Shown here: positions 12,241 through 26,347 of the stretch, piece after piece
How the letters are laid out: each line of letters opens with the position of its first letter
How positions within the stretch are numbered: the stretch's first letter is position 1
Assembly (NCBI GenBank): GCA_036630325.1
Contig: CP142733.1
Coordinates: 372,001-436,000 of the forward strand
Source: Vairimorpha necatrix
Taxonomy: Eukaryota
DNA length: 64,000 bases
Direction of reading: 5' to 3'
Notes under the pieces: model-generated
The model's database searches: none
Told to the model about the DNA's origin: nothing
What the model saw: only the letters and a program-made list of their open reading frames with translations
Program-made: the position numbers and the translations under genes

Positions 12241-15200
12241 AAAAAATATAGTATTTAAATTTTAAAGTTTTTTTTTCTATTAATATTTAATAATTACTTA
12301 TTGTGTAATCCACTACTGAGAAAAGCATTTAAATGGTTTTTATTATTAATTTTATTTTTCCTTTTATTACTCCGTACCCTTCTCTGGGTAAAATATTGAT
12401 ATAAACGTTGAAAGAAAAACTGGACGAATTTTATGGAAAGATTGTAGAAATATATTGAATGATATTTCGAATATAATGTTTTACATTTATTTAATAGGGG
12501 CTGGTCAGCCCTCACACCCCAGGCGGGTTGTTACGTTACAAGGTTCTAGATTTTCATTTTTATATTCTTTTAAGTCATAATTTCCTTTCTTAATGTATCT
12601 TCTGCTATCAGTCCTTACAATATCGGTAACATTCATACGGGTTCCCAGTATTTTACCAACACCTGTGAATATTCTTTTATACTTTTCATATTCTTGCCAA
12701 AGTTTTCTCTTCTTGCGATTCTTACAACATGATTCAATTTAGATTTTTCTCTATGTCTTTGTTTAAACTTGCTTCCATACACTCCGTTTTCATCGTTTTT
12801 CATGAAGACTTCTTCTCCCTGGTCCTTCCATGATCCCATTATTGATACAACTTTTCCTTGTGTGAAGTGTGTTATTACAAGTTTGTAAGCTTGTTCTAGT
12901 TTTTCTTTTTGTTTTATCACTGTTCCGCTTATTGTTCTATACATCATTCTATTATTCCATTGCTTCATTGATCTTCTAAACCTTTTTTTCCGTTACACAA
13001 TTCCGTTTTATTTACACCAAGCTATTAATTTCTCACTGACAAATTTCTTACCATTATCTGCAATATATGCATCATGGCATTCATCTTCCTTTATATATTT
13101 TTTTAAATTATCGTAATGTCATCACTTCCCTTTTCCATCTTTTCGCCTATACTTGTTTCGTAAAGTAATCGATCCCTAATAGCACATATCTTCCTATTTC
13201 ACTAGTATCAGTTACGTCTAACGCTACTTTTTCTATTTCTTATATGCTGTTACGAAAATGCATCCTCCAGTCGTTTTTCTGTTATTAATATTACATATTT
13301 CGCACATTTTTAGCGTTGTCGTTATCTGCTCCTTCGTACCTTGTCAGTACTATCTTTGTTTAATCTTATATGTGTTCCCAAAGCTTCTCGATGATTTAGT
13401 TCCTCATGGACTCATCGAATTTCTATTTTTCTTGGTTCTTTGTGTATTATTTTTGTAACTTTCCCTGTTTAAAACTTTCAATAGTTTCCCCTTCTCCATT
13501 AAACTTGGGGGGTTCTCTCCCTTGATTTATTTTTGCATAAGTTTCTCTCTTTCGATTTTTTCTTTCATTTGTTGTTTTTATTTGTCTACTGAGAGCATTT
13601 GCATCCGTCTTCATTTTTCCTTTTTAAATATTCAATTGGCAGTCGAGAAATTAAAAAAATATCCATCTTCTAATTCTGTTATTGTTAAAAACGTGTTGTT
13701 TGTTATTTCGGCCAGTGACTATGATCTGTCATTAAATGAAATTTTCTTACCAAATCTGACACGAATTTATTATTCTAAACAATACTGCCAACATCTCCTT
13801 TTCACTAAAGGTGTACCTTTTTTCTGTTGGTGTTAACATTTGTGATGCCCATTGTATCGGTATCAATCTTCTTTCCTTGTCTTCTTGAAATAATATGGCT
13901 TTAATTTCCACATCACGTGCGTCCGTTCTCCCTTAAATATTTAATTACCGTATACTATTTTTAATTTTTTTATATCCGTAACTCTCTTTGATATCCATAA
14001 AAACTCTCTCCATATCTTCAACCATTCCCATTTTACCATCTTCTTAGTGCTTTTGTAAGTCGTGCTGTCCGATAACCATAATGGTGAATAAAATCTCTAA
14101 CCAAGTCTGCCAACTCCAAATTTTTTTTAAGCTCTTTTATGTGCTTAGATCTTCTGTATTCTAATGTAGCTTGCATTTTAATTTCGTATAATTTAATGTC
14201 TTCTTTGTTAATCGTTGCTACAAGTACCTTAACTTCTTCTAATTTGTATTGTATCTTCTTTTAGTTTGCTTTTAAACTGCGTTCTTTAATTTGCCGAATT
14301 ACTTATTCCAATAAATTATCCTGTATATTACTATCTCTTGCATGAATATAATATCATCCATGTAGACCTGTACACCTATAACTCTAAACTTATCTAAAAC
14401 TCCCTTCATCACTCTTTGGATAATATGTGGATTTTTAAATCATATTACCATATAAGAGCAATCGGTCAAAGTCCACTCCAGCACGCAAAATTCGATATAG
14501 GGTTTTTTGCCCCTTTTTTAAAAAAAATGGAGGAGAGAATTTTAACGAGAGAAGAATTAGAAATCATAGATCAATGAATTTAATAATGCATCAAAAACAG
14601 AATTGGAATTATTTTACTGGAGCATTTTTCTAAATAAATAAAGTTTTGCACTATTAACTGATCTATTTCTTTAGGTGTAGAATTTTAAGGGAACGCCAAT
14701 TACCTTCTATGGTATTAGTATGAACTCCCATATTTTAGTCCCTGTAATACAATGAATGATTAATCATATTATGTTGGTTAAATATAGTACCCAAAGAATT
14801 GTAGGCTCTTCACATATCGCTATATATATTGCTATCTCTACTTACATATTTCACCAAAAGATCAGTAAGTGTTTCTTTATCCCTTTTTTAATATGTAGCA
14901 TTATGATTCTACGTTCTATGGTTCGTTCGACCATGCCAAAACACCTGGAGCCTTTTACTAATTTACCTCTATCGTATTTATTTTTTCCAAATTTTGATTC
15001 GTCGATTTCTACTATTATCCCTTCTCCACCCAGCATGTTCAGAGAAGATAAGTATTTATCGTAAATGCATATTTCCTTTAGTTTTTTTTTCAATAATGAA
15101 GATTTTGATTTTTTCGTACAACACAAAATTTGACAAATATGCTTCCGAGAATAACCGAGAACCCACATGTTAAGTATCTGGTAACATGTTATATGGTTGT

Positions 15201-15341
15201 TTTACATTATAAAAAAATGTATCATGACAAATGAAAATTGACTTTTTATAATATTTCCATGTACACTTTAAGATACTACTGTCTTTTCTTTCTTTCCTCA
15301 TTCTTCCATAACATATATCACAAAATTTAGTTTGAAATTTC

Positions 15342-16438
15342 GGATCAGGTAAAAAATACGACATATAGACACCCAATGTTAATTATACGACATTATTAAA
15401 AAATAAAGATTCGGCGGATTAAGAAACAAAAATAACAGATAAAATAAAGATATTTATTCAAAGCACAGACAGTAACCCAGTAAAACAGATATAGCGCGTT
15501 TTCTATATCTATTTTTAAACATAATTTCATCGAGATAATATTGCAGCAAGTCATGTTTTCTACCTTTCATTTTTTTTTATTATATTTTTGTTTCGACCAG
15601 TATGATTCTACATGTTGAGTATGAACTTCTGTATTTGGATTAACAAAATTAAGTGAATGAATACTGTGAGATGTTCAAAGCCTAACATTTCCTGGATTTT
15701 TTTGTAGGCAGCCCATTCATCGCTGTAAATAATACTTCCCTCTTTACAAACTGTTTAAATGATAGGTAAATAAGTTGCAGTAGATCTATTAGTTACGACT
15801 TTCATATATCCTTTTGCCGGTTTGAAGCTTGTATCGACAATACCGAATAATTACACTTGATTATTTGAAATACTACCAACATGACTTTTCTGCTTGTGGC
15901 AAAATAAAGATTCGTCCAATTGGCATACAATTCCCTTTCCTCCTAACAAAATAGGGTCCAACAATAGGTGTTCTGAAACTAAAAACGCAATTTGGAGTAT
16001 ATTTTAGAAACTGTCTGTCGAGTGATTCCATAACTATTAGCAACTGATTTTATATTTGTATTTTCTAACCACAAAACTATAACGGTCCACACGTCCGATA
16101 AACTCAATTTAAAATCATAAAAAAAGGAATTTGTGCGTATGCTATAAGTCGAAAATGCTTTAACACACTTTGAATTATAACACACAAAAGCTCTTCCATC
16201 AATTACATCATTCTTAACTCTTTCAGACATATATTCATCACAATTCTTACACTTTAAGCAAGAAAGTAATAAGTTTTTTCTTCTTAAGATATCGATCACA
16301 CAATCGACTTCAAAGGTTCTAATGCTTAAAATTTGTTCCAATCTTAAAGTTCTGTTTCTCATTTTGACGTTAAAAAATTAAAAATATTTTTAATGGGTAA
16401 AAAATACGACATATTATGTCGTATTTTTTACCTGATCC
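15342..16438 (-). mobile_element. Nested Merlin element with pseudogenised transposase
   Basis: TIRs GGATCAGGTAAAAAATACGACAT. Perfect 8-bp TSD GAAATTTC. N-terminal zinc-ribbon ORF at 15979-16362. Confidence 0.92.
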
Positions 16439-16474
16439 GAAATTTCACTATTAAATCATTATATATGATTTCTA

Positions 16475-16887
16475 GATCAGAATAATTGAAATAGGTGTCA
16501 CATCACAAGAGAATCTACAGCAAGTATAAAACGACAAGCTAAAAAAGTATGGTGTCCTTGCGAACGAACTTGGCTTAATTTTTGTTTAAAACAGAAATAA
16601 TTCCCTACGTAATCACTTGAGACGTTATAGTGACTCAGTTCCACAAATCATATACCACAAGACTTGGAATCCCTAAGAAGGTAGAAGCGTACATCCAGAT
16701 GATCACGCCAAAGAAGACGCTAGAAAGCATTTCTCTGGACTACCGAAGAAGAGGAGACGAAGCCGATGTGTAAAGGGCTATGGAGCCACAAAGCTACCTA
16801 CAAGCAGATGACGCCAACGCGGAACCTACCCTTGTTAAACTATAAATATAAACTACAATAAGCATACCCTAATTAAATTCATTAATC
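16475..16887 (+). mobile_element. 5'-truncated RLE-type non-LTR retrotransposon (R4/Dong-like)
   Basis: C-terminal endonuclease remnant (IEIGVTSQENLQQ..K..KY..LANEL). TSD TATGATTTCTA at 16464-16474 and 16888-16898. Homologous to 31958-32292 and 33999-35348. Confidence 0.85.
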
Positions 16888-18369
16888 TATGATTTCTAAT
16901 TCTTCTCCCGTTAAAATTCTCTCCTTCATTTTTTTTAAAAAAGAAGCAAAAAAACACAAAAAGCCCTATATCGAATTTTGCGTGCTAAAGTGGACTTTGG
17001 CCGAGCATTTTTATTTTAACATTTATCTCGAATTGTCTTTTATGTTTGTAACATTCTTCAATTTCTATATAATAGAATCCATCTTTTAGGTCTATGCCCG
17101 TAAATTCTTTAGAGCCTCGCGTTGCTCTAATAATGTCTTAATCTAAAGCAAATCATACAGATCTCTTCAACAAATTCGTCAAACCCCTTCAAAATTCTTG
17201 TTGTGATATTACAACCACATAAACACCTCTATTCTCATGGAATGTATTTTACAATTTTTAATCATTTTCCCTCCTTCTTATTTTTGAAATATTTTATTTT
17301 AAACCAATAAACTCAAATAAAAACATTTACACTGAAACTTAAAAGGCCCATCGGGGACAGGCTCATAACATTTAGTTCTTTGGAGTATTGCTTTGAAACG
17401 AGACGTATCTCTGTGTAGCACGCAACTTACCATTCTCACTATTTCATTTAAGGGTTCAATAGCCCTTATTAGGCTTCACCACTCACTCTTTGTCCTTCTG
17501 ATAATACCACTACTTTCTAATGAATTAATATACTTTCTAACTTTTCACGTAGATTATAAAAAATATTTTGTCTTTTTTAACTACTTTTACTCCTTGTTTT
17601 GTATCAATAAAAATTTCCCCCTGTTATGTATTTTATGTTCTTCCCATCTCTTCCTTATACTTCTGACAAAATTCCTTTTAATTTTTCTAATTTATTTATA
17701 TTTTTCTCCTTTATCTTGTTTTATATTTCACACATACAAACTGTTCCTTTAAATTTCTCCTTTTATCTCTACTGGTAGCCTTAATTTAGAGTCATTATTA
17801 CAAATACCAAAATAATTAAACTTTACTTTCATTATTCTACTCTTGTCTTCCCTTACGCTACATATAACTTCTATCTACATGTCCAATTCTTCCACATATG
17901 AAACAATGTTTTTGTTTTCGTCTCTTATATTATAAATTGCCTCCTTTTACTGCCACTTTCCTGGTCAGTTCTCCTCAAATCTCTCTTCTTATTTTTTCTT
18001 TCATCATCTCTACCATATCTTTCAGTTTTCACTTCCTTATCTTTTTTTTTCCTTCTCTTCCTCTATAACAACTAATTTTCCAATTTCAGCAAAAATTCAT
18101 TCCAATTTTCTATATTCACTAAATTTTTATTAATAAAAAGATCCTGAACTTCAATACTTACTTGTTTAATCGTCTGCTTCTGTGTCACTTATTTTACTTC
18201 ATCCTGAATTCTAATGATCGCTTATACACTCATAGCTTCTTTAAAGTTTTTATGCTCTCCTGGACACGGGGTTCAGTTGTTACCCTTTCTTCTTTTGTGT
18301 TTGCCATAAATTATAAATTTTAAAGGGGGTTCAACCCACACATTTTATTTCATAAAACACAGATTGACC

Positions 18370-21300
18370 TGTTTTATTATTTAAAAATTTATATATTCAC
18401 CCTTTAATTTTATCATTAAAGATCTTAAAAATAAAATAATGGAGAATATCAAATTTGTGCCCATGACAAGGAAAATAACGGTGGGAAATGCCGCTCTAGA
18501 GCTAAAAAGACTGGAAAAGACGTCTTTTTTTAAAAGCATGAGCGAAGATGAAAAGATAGAATTCATTATTAGCAGAGCATGCCATCGAATCATTGAATGA
18601 TTTTGCAGTTCAACGTCAAAGAAAACTGCTATGAACTGGATTCGTTTTAAAAGAGGAGTTAAAGGGGGTTTGCAGCCCAAGTATGTTGGAGATAGGCGAC
18701 GTGTTTCGTTTAAAGCAGGAACATAATTAAACAATTTGTGAATACATCAAATTGGTGGAGGGATCGGCAAAGCCCCACAAATTAAAAAATGAAGAAAAGA
18801 TAAAAATAATTTTTGCTGGACTGAAAGAGGATGTTCCAGGTGTGAAAAGATTAATAATTAGGAGTAAAGTGTTAGATGAGAATTTAATTAATGATATTTA
18901 TTTGTTAAAAGATATTAACCAGGAAGAAAAAATAAAAAAGGAAGAGAAGAAAAAGAAGAAAAAGGAAAAAAGGAACTTAAATCTAAAAAAGAAAGAATCA
19001 ATGAATTAGAAGGAATATTGTCGCAGCTACAAAGTTTGTGGGTTCAGGAACCAAAACAGTTCTCTTGTTACAACTGTGGAAGGTCAGGCCATACTTCTAA
19101 ATTCTGTAGGGCCCGCGAGACAATAACAGATCATACAAAAAGATCAATGAAGTAGTAGGGGACGCTGAGAAACTGTTCAGGACTAAATTAATAAAAATAA
19201 TTCAGTTTATATCAATGGAATATTATTCGAGGCTACACTGGACACCGGGTCCCATTATAATTTCATATCAGATGCTGCTAGGAGAGTATTGAAAGTTAAA
19301 ACAAAGAGTAACCATCAAAAAATTGACCTGTAATACTTGTTTAGATGAGACTTTTTGTATTAAAGAACATGTTTTTTTGGAAATTGAGCATAAAGGAAAA
19401 AGATTAAGAAAGAAATTCTACATTTTACCTAAAGTCAGAGCAGAGAAGATTCTTGTTGGAAGGGAAACAATCAAAATGTTACTGGAAGGTGAGGAAATAG
19501 TGTATCAGGGCAGAAATTAAAACAACCGAAGGTGTTAAAGTCGTTGAGAGAGTTTATGATTTGTCCAAGAAAATTGAATCAGGAATTGATGAGGCAGTAA
19601 CTGAGTTGCTACAAAAAGGCTACATTTCAGAATCATAGTCCACGTGGTTAAACAATATAAGACCTGCAATTAAACCGAATGGAAGCATCCGAGTCCCAAC
19701 CAACCTTGTAGCAGTAAACAAATTAGTAGAACAAGACCGATACTCCTTACCTAATATAAATACTATCTTAGTTAATTTAATAGATATGAAATATTTTAGT
19801 AAGATTGATTTAAAGGATGGTTTCTTTCAAATTCTGTTGGCCAAAGAAGACCGACATAAAACAGCTTTTCGAGTAGAACATAGATTGTACGAGTGGAATG
19901 TAATGCCTATGGGCTTTAGAAATGCCCCAGCATTTTTTTAAGGCATATGTATAGAGTTTTGGCTGAAGAAATAGGCAAATCATGTTTTGTTTATGTAGAT
20001 TACATATTAATTTTTAGTAAAAGTGAAGAAGAACATGAGGCTGTGTGGTATCCCACAAGTAATTCATTTTTTTTTGTTTCTTTGTTTGTTTGATCTGAAC
20101 GAATTGTTTACAAACAAACAAAGAAAACTATAAATATAAATTTTGCCCTCACCCATACCTAAAATACGAACTAACGATGAATATGAGAAAACAGAGGAAC
20201 GAGAAACAAAACATTGTAAATAAAAAATTTAATATAAACGACCACGACAACATGCTGGAGCATTTTTACCAGCATGGCTACGTCAGGCTGTCTTTAGAAA
20301 TATTGTTAACATTTTGAAAAGGAATCATTTGGAGATAAATACTGTAAAAACAATTTTTAATTAGAAAAAGTGGAATTTTTAGGCCATATAATCACTCATA
20401 ATAAGGTATATCCATAGAACTCTGTTACACAAGGTATTGATGATGCGAAGATGCCCTAGATCGAAAACAACTACAAGAATTTTTGGGGGCTATTAATTAT
20501 TATAAGAAATTTGTTAAAGGATGTGCAATTCTTGGAGCACATTTGTATGATTTATTACAGGAAAAGAAAAAATTTATGTGGGATGAGGCAGCAATGAATG
20601 CATTTGAAGCATTAAAGGCGGAACTTAAAAAGAAAATCGAATTAAACCAGCAGGATTTAGATAAGCCATTCCAATTAGAACCAGATGCTTCCAATCATGG
20701 TATAGGAGCGATTTTTTCTCAAACGAATGAAAAGGAAAGATATTCAATAGCATTTGCTCCTAGAAGATTAAAAGAACACGTGAAAAGTATAGTATTTTAG
20801 AAAAAGAATTTCTAGCAATCCTATGGGGACTTGAACATTTTAAATATTTTGTGTATGGGACACCGGTAGATGTTATTACAGACCATAAAGCTTTAGAGGT
20901 TATTAATAAAGGAGACATAGCATGTCCTAGAATTCAGCGATGGTTAGATAGATTGAGTATGTTTGACTTCAATATTAAATTCAGAAAAGGAAATGAGATG
21001 GTTCATGTAGATTGTCTTAGTAGAAACACTACGAGTACAGAGTTGGAGAAAACGGATAATAATGTCCTAATGAAAATAAATTACATAGAATGTGACGAAA
21101 GTGAACAAAGAAAATTTAAAACAAAAGTTCATGAAGAGTGTATACACAGAATTGAAAAGACAATAAAACATAAACTGCTTCTACAAGATATATGCTTTAA
21201 TGATATGGACAGAATAATAAAAGAGGAGATTTCAAAATGTGTAGTATGCAAACCTACAATCTAAAAAGAAATAAACGATTTGTATTTGTGACCGATCAAG

Positions 21301-22119
21301 AAGTAGGAGAAAAGGTGACCGTGAATATAATAGGACTAATAGAAAATTGTTACATAATATCTGGGATTGATTATTTTTGAGAAAGGAATTTGCAAAGATA
21401 ATCAAGTCAAGACAAGATAGGAATGTTTCAAGTTTGTAGAGGAAATCCATAAAGAATTAAAAATTCAGATGTTAGTTTGCGATCAATCTGAGGAAAATTT
21501 GAGTAATAAAAATAAAGATTTTGCAAGAGAAGAAAATTTTGAACTGCATTACACCTCTCCGTTCCATCATCAATCAAATGGAGGGTTGAGAGATTCAACA
21601 GAACTCTACAAGACCTAATATATAAGAATAAACAGGATAAACTTCTACCAAATAAGCTAGCAAGAGCAATAAAAATATATAATAAATCATATCACACTGG
21701 CATAGAGATAACGCTTGAAGAGGCCTTGAATGAAAAAATCATCATTGTTTAAGGGAAATACAATTTAAGAAAAGAATTAAGTTCAGTAAAGAAAACTACA
21801 ACAAAGAGAGGGAAGAAATATTAAAAAAAGATGATATAGTTTTAATTAAGGAGGAAGTAGGTCGATCTAAGGACAATCCAGATTCAAGGCCAGAGGAATA
21901 ATTCTTAACAAGGCTGGAGAGAATTCATATAACATTAAAGTAAAAAATAAAATAATCAAAAGGCATGCGTCACAACTTAAAGTAATTGTAGACGAGCTTT
22001 CCTCTTGAACGGTGGGATGTTGTATTATTATAAAATTTATATATTCCCCCCTTAATTTTATCATATTTAAAGATCTTAAAAATAAAAAGAACAAAATATT
22101 ATAAATACATAATATAACA
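18370..22119 (+). mobile_element. Degenerate Ty3/Gypsy element (CCHC gag, protease, RT, RNase H, integrase)
   Basis: CYNCGRSGHTSKFC, LDTGS and IDLKDGF motifs. 3' LTR at 22018-22119 after GGTGGGA. Partial 5' LTR at 18370-18440. Confidence 0.88.
20044..20285 (+). mobile_element. Solo LTR of family B (242 bp)
   Basis: Near-identical to 46471-46712 and 54617-54858. Perfect TSD GGCTG. Confidence 0.95.
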
Positions 22120-23332
22120 GGAATAGGAGTCCATATCTGTAGATACAAGCGCTCTTATATATTTATTTTTGATATAAAAGAAACCTTATAAGCCGCTACT
22201 AAACAATCTAGAACTTGATTATATGATTATTAAAATTTACGGGATTTTTTATATTTTATGCTTTGTCTGCAGTTTAAATTTATGTGTTTAATTAAATTTT
22301 TTTTCTATAAAATATAACCAACATATCTCATTCTGAATTAACTGTACAATATAAAAATTATTTTATTTGCCAGAATGATTTACAAATATCATAATTGACA
22401 ATGTTCTCTAAAACAAAAAAAATATCCTAATTTTTCTTAAATTCAATTTCTTCAATTTGTTGGTTAGAGAGGACGTATTGTGTGTTATTAGTGCATTTAA
22501 TTTTCGTATATGTTTTGTACACAGAGATTCCTTTTTTGATGTACTTGTACTATAAATATATTTTCCTAAGTTGTATCGTGAGGTCAATAAATAAATAGTT
22601 TATCTATCTTTACTTCCCAGTATCTATGGCCATCTCACCTTTTAGTACTTCTTGGTTGTTGTCGCAAATATTTGTCAAACAAATATTACACAAACTACAC
22701 ATATTATGCAACAAAAATACTGATATGAATGTTAAATATCTTGTGATCTATCTCATACAAAGACAGAAATTCATAGACACGTTTTGACTAAAAAAACAGT
22801 TTATACTATCGTCATTTCCCTTTTTACAATAACCTATAAAAGTTTGTGTAAGTATTTGGTATTGAAGGTTGTTGATAAGTCAAAGAAGATTTGATCATTT
22901 TTTAGTTTTGTTCTTTTAAACAAGAAAATTAGCAGAAAGATACATTCAATAATTCCATATATTTATCTTTCGTAAATCTCAAGATCAATTGGAAAACATT
23001 GTTTGACTACATTTAAATTGAAAGACACAACATAGTTTTTATATAAAAAATAATATATCTTTTAATTTTTAATTATTTAACATTTTTTAAAAATTATTTT
23101 ATTTTTGTTAAAAGACATGTATACGTTGTCGACTATTTCTATTAACATTTCCAGTCTACTCATTTTTAAAAAAACTATCAATTATTCTCAAAATCAAACA
23201 CATAAGAAAAAAAAGAGGCAAGAAACTTTGAAAATTAAAGAAAATTTATTTTAACATTGAATTGCAATATATAGTAAAAATATTATATTATTTATTCCCG
23301 AAATAATTTTCCGGTCTACAATAAGTCTATAG

Positions 23333-23647
23333 TTAAAGGAGTAAATCTGAAAATAATTTGCAAGAAATGTAATCTGATGAATCTTTTGGAAGAATAAACA
23401 AAGCGTCGATATGCTCAATATCAGCGCCATTGTTTACATTTGGACTGTTCAAATAAACTTCTGCAAAACATCTTATTTTTGTTTTAAAATCCCACTGTTG
23501 ATTTTTATTTTTTAATTGTTCCAAAACTAAATGTTTAAATCTAAGTGATAGTCTTTGAATGTAACAATCAAGTCTGTTTTGGCTTCTCTTCAAATAATAT
23601 TTGAGTATTGAAGCTACATAAACATCTTTTAATGATAGTTGTTTCAT
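23333..23647 (-). CDS. Hypothetical protein (104 aa)
   Basis: ATG at 23647 preceded by CCCCAAA. Open frame outside recognisable TEs. No recognised homology. Confidence 0.45.
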   Translation of the reverse strand: MKQLSLKDVYVASILKYYLKRSQNRLDCYIQRLSLRFKHLVLEQLKNKNQQWDFKTKIRCFAEVYLNSPNVNNGADIEHIDALFILPKDSSDYISCKLFSDLLL

Positions 23648-23663
23648 TTTGGGGTAGAAAGAT

Positions 23664-23879
23664 TTAATTAAATAAAAATGACACAAAAACAAAATTCTTT
23701 GCAAGAAAAAAACAATCAATACATTGAGATTTTATAGCCTTATTGTATAAAGATTTTAGCAGGTTCAATTCAAAATCAGATATAAAAATATTTTTTTGAT
23801 TTATAAAGCACGCATAAGCCATTCGTCGAATACGGGGGGGGGGTTTGTGCGATGATATATACGATGGGCAATAATTCAT
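23664..23879 (-). CDS. Possible small hypothetical protein (71 aa)
   Basis: ATG-initiated ORF ending 16 bp before the next ORF, consistent with compact gene spacing. No recognised homology. Confidence 0.3.
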   Translation of the reverse strand: MNYCPSYISSHKPPPRIRRMAYACFINQKNIFISDFELNLLKSLYNKAIKSQCIDCFFLAKNFVFVSFLFN

Positions 23880-24427
23880 TTATTTAGTAAATTATACAAG
23901 GAAGTTTGACGTATATATAACGCTAAAAATTATTTAATGCATCACAAAACTTAAATCATTTTTAAAATTCTACATCTTGGACGTGAAGCAAGTAAAATGC
24001 TTTCTGAGTAAACTTATAAATAATTTTTATGCTAACTAGTCAATGGTTGATATTTGGAACTGTATAATTTCATATATTTGTTATTTTACGCCAAGTCTTG
24101 TTGTTAAGCGATCAATTAAAGCGTTTTGTAACGTGATTTATTGTATAAAATTGTTGTTAAACGGAAAGATGCATGAAATATGCAACAATATCTGGACAAA
24201 TATAATCAACAAGTAGTATTTGATAAGCCATGAAATTATTTTTAAAATTTAGATGAAGAATATTCAATGCTCTTAAAACGTCCATCGTTTGATAATAATA
24301 CAATGAATTATGGGGATATGGAAATTATAAGAGATACGAAAGATACAGTTAAAAACGTGTCGTCGGTGAAAAATGTCTCTATTTAGCGGACAGCTATAGG
24401 GATATTTTATATATGTTGAAAAGAATA

Positions 24428-24760
24428 TGTCATGTATTAGTGGGACATGGCCATTTTTATAATAATATTCAAAAATAGTTTTTATCTTAATTATATTTAT
24501 TGATGGTTTTGTTCTTTCTCATATATTCCATACCCTTCAAAGACAGACTTTCTTTTATGTTTTATTTTTAATTAATTATTCTTGGTCAACAATAAACACA
24601 AACATTGGCGTACTTACGAATGTAGTAACGACCATGCAACTTTTGTTTGTTTGTGTGACTCATCTTTTGGGGGTACTCTTGAAGCTCGACATACACTTTG
24701 ACATATATGACAGATGATGTTTATGACATCTGCCCATGTGATGTTGTAATGTACATCACA
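24428..24760 (-). mobile_element. Solo LTR, family E (hairpin / gag-in-LTR clan)
   Basis: Homologous to 32794-33104. TG...CA ends, TSD GAATA/GTATA, terminal hairpin TGTGATGT...ACATCACA. Encodes IFEYYYKNGHVPLIHD at the LTR end. Confidence 0.8.
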
Positions 24761-25989
24761 GTATATATATATTCACTGGTCAATGGGATATCGAAAAAAA
24801 AGTCACCACCGTTTTTGAAATTGTGCAAAAGTAACATGGGTGTTGATAAAAAGAACATTCTTTGCGCTAGTATGTGTGTTATTAGCTGGGTTAGTTATAT
24901 TAATTGATTTAGATTTTTGTGAATATCATTTTAGATATCTCATGAATATTAACCGCCAATTGGAGGCCTTAGATTATCATACAGAGGCAATGCTGGTTAT
25001 TTGGCATGACTGGATTCGAATATAGAGTGATATAAATTTTCTACATTCTATAATGCAGTTGGAGCATTCAGACAATATGTACGTTTATAAAATCATTAAT
25101 TTGATTTAAAAAATCAGTGGGCGTATCACTCTAATGGGATTAACATCTAGTGTAGAAACGCTCTTTAAAGACAAAAAAAACAGTATTGCCCTCGTAGTGA
25201 CTTATAGCACACACTATTATCTATGGGCTAACCCCAGTATGGGCCATTGTTGGTGCACTCTGGGAGGACTTACAGATTTAATTAGTGTCCTAGGAGGGTT
25301 AGGTATAAAGAAGATCTCCTATGCCCCAACCTACAAGATCCTTAAACACGATAGCCAAAACTAGTGAAATACAAGTGTAATTTAGTCCAATAGATGCCAG
25401 CTATAAATGAGTTAGTGTAAAACCTCTACGGGTGAGATGTCGATTATTTGAGAGACTGCTGAGCTAGCATGATGATGCCTCTCCCCATGCTATTAAACCA
25501 TGTCGATATAGTATATTTGCTTGTTGTAATTAGCGCGATTTTGGGAAACGAAAAAAATTCTATTGGTGCCTAACTCCACTGGATAGGCTGAGCTTGATGA
25601 TACTGTAGATTGTTTGCTTTAATTTTTGTGACTAATAACTTAACGATGCATTGGATAAGAAGACTGACTAAATGTTGAATCCTATGTAAGATTTCTCTCT
25701 TCCTCTTAAGTGCAAAGAAAAAATAAGCGCGATGAAAAATCGCAAAAAGACCTTGTTGTATTGGTTATGTATATTTAGCTTGGACTTTGGACTAATCGGC
25801 AATAAATATAGAGTAAAAAATGTATTAATTATAAGGGTTGAATGTCAGTGTAATTTATCCAAATAATATGCGTTATTTAGATATTTTTCGAATGATTGAG
25901 ACATTTGTCATAAAGTTTAAGGCTTTTGTATATTGATTTTTGAAATATCTTTTAGTTAGATAATATTTTATGTATTGTTTAAATGTAAA

Positions 25990-26270
25990 ATTATTTCTTA
26001 TGCATTAACATGGGGCGGCATGGTTACCAAATACCATATCATGCATCGAAGAAGGCTTGATATACAAAAATTCCTCGAGCCGCGTATCCAATCTCTTGTT
26101 CTAAAGGAACTCTTAAAAGTATTTCTTCAACGATAGCCGATCAAAAGATCTCGGACGTGATGAGAAAGACGAAAGACGGTATGTAAATCATTTCTACTCA
26201 CAAAGAAAAACATATGAAGATAGAAATAGAGCCATAGTATGTACAAGATGCATAATTAAATAAAAATCTA
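25990..26270 (+). mobile_element. 3' remnant of a diverged RLE-type LINE
   Basis: Translates to LTWGGMVTKYH...IQSLVLK, similar to the C-terminus of the other LINE copies. Boundaries approximate. Confidence 0.6.
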
Positions 26271-26347
26271 TCATTTATGATTTCAATTTTATAGTATACG
26301 TAAAAGAATACATAAAACTAAGATTAAAAACTAAACAAACATACTAT

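Larger units (their letters stand above)
14464..17002 (-). mobile_element. Merlin element with ~110-bp TIRs, containing a nested Merlin and a LINE fragment
   Basis: TIRs GG(T/C)CAAAGTCCAC...TTCGATATAGGG. TSD GAGCAATC/GAGCATTT. Transposase fragment VEIDESKFGK at 14851-15168. Confidence 0.85.
12443..18340 (-). mobile_element. Degenerate Ty3/Gypsy element interrupted in RT by the Merlin at 14464-17002
   Basis: Integrase, RNase H and RT remnants (YMDD near 14420; IDLKDGFY near 17080) continue across the insertion. LTR-like starts at 18340 and 12516 on the minus strand. Left boundary approximate. Confidence 0.75.
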
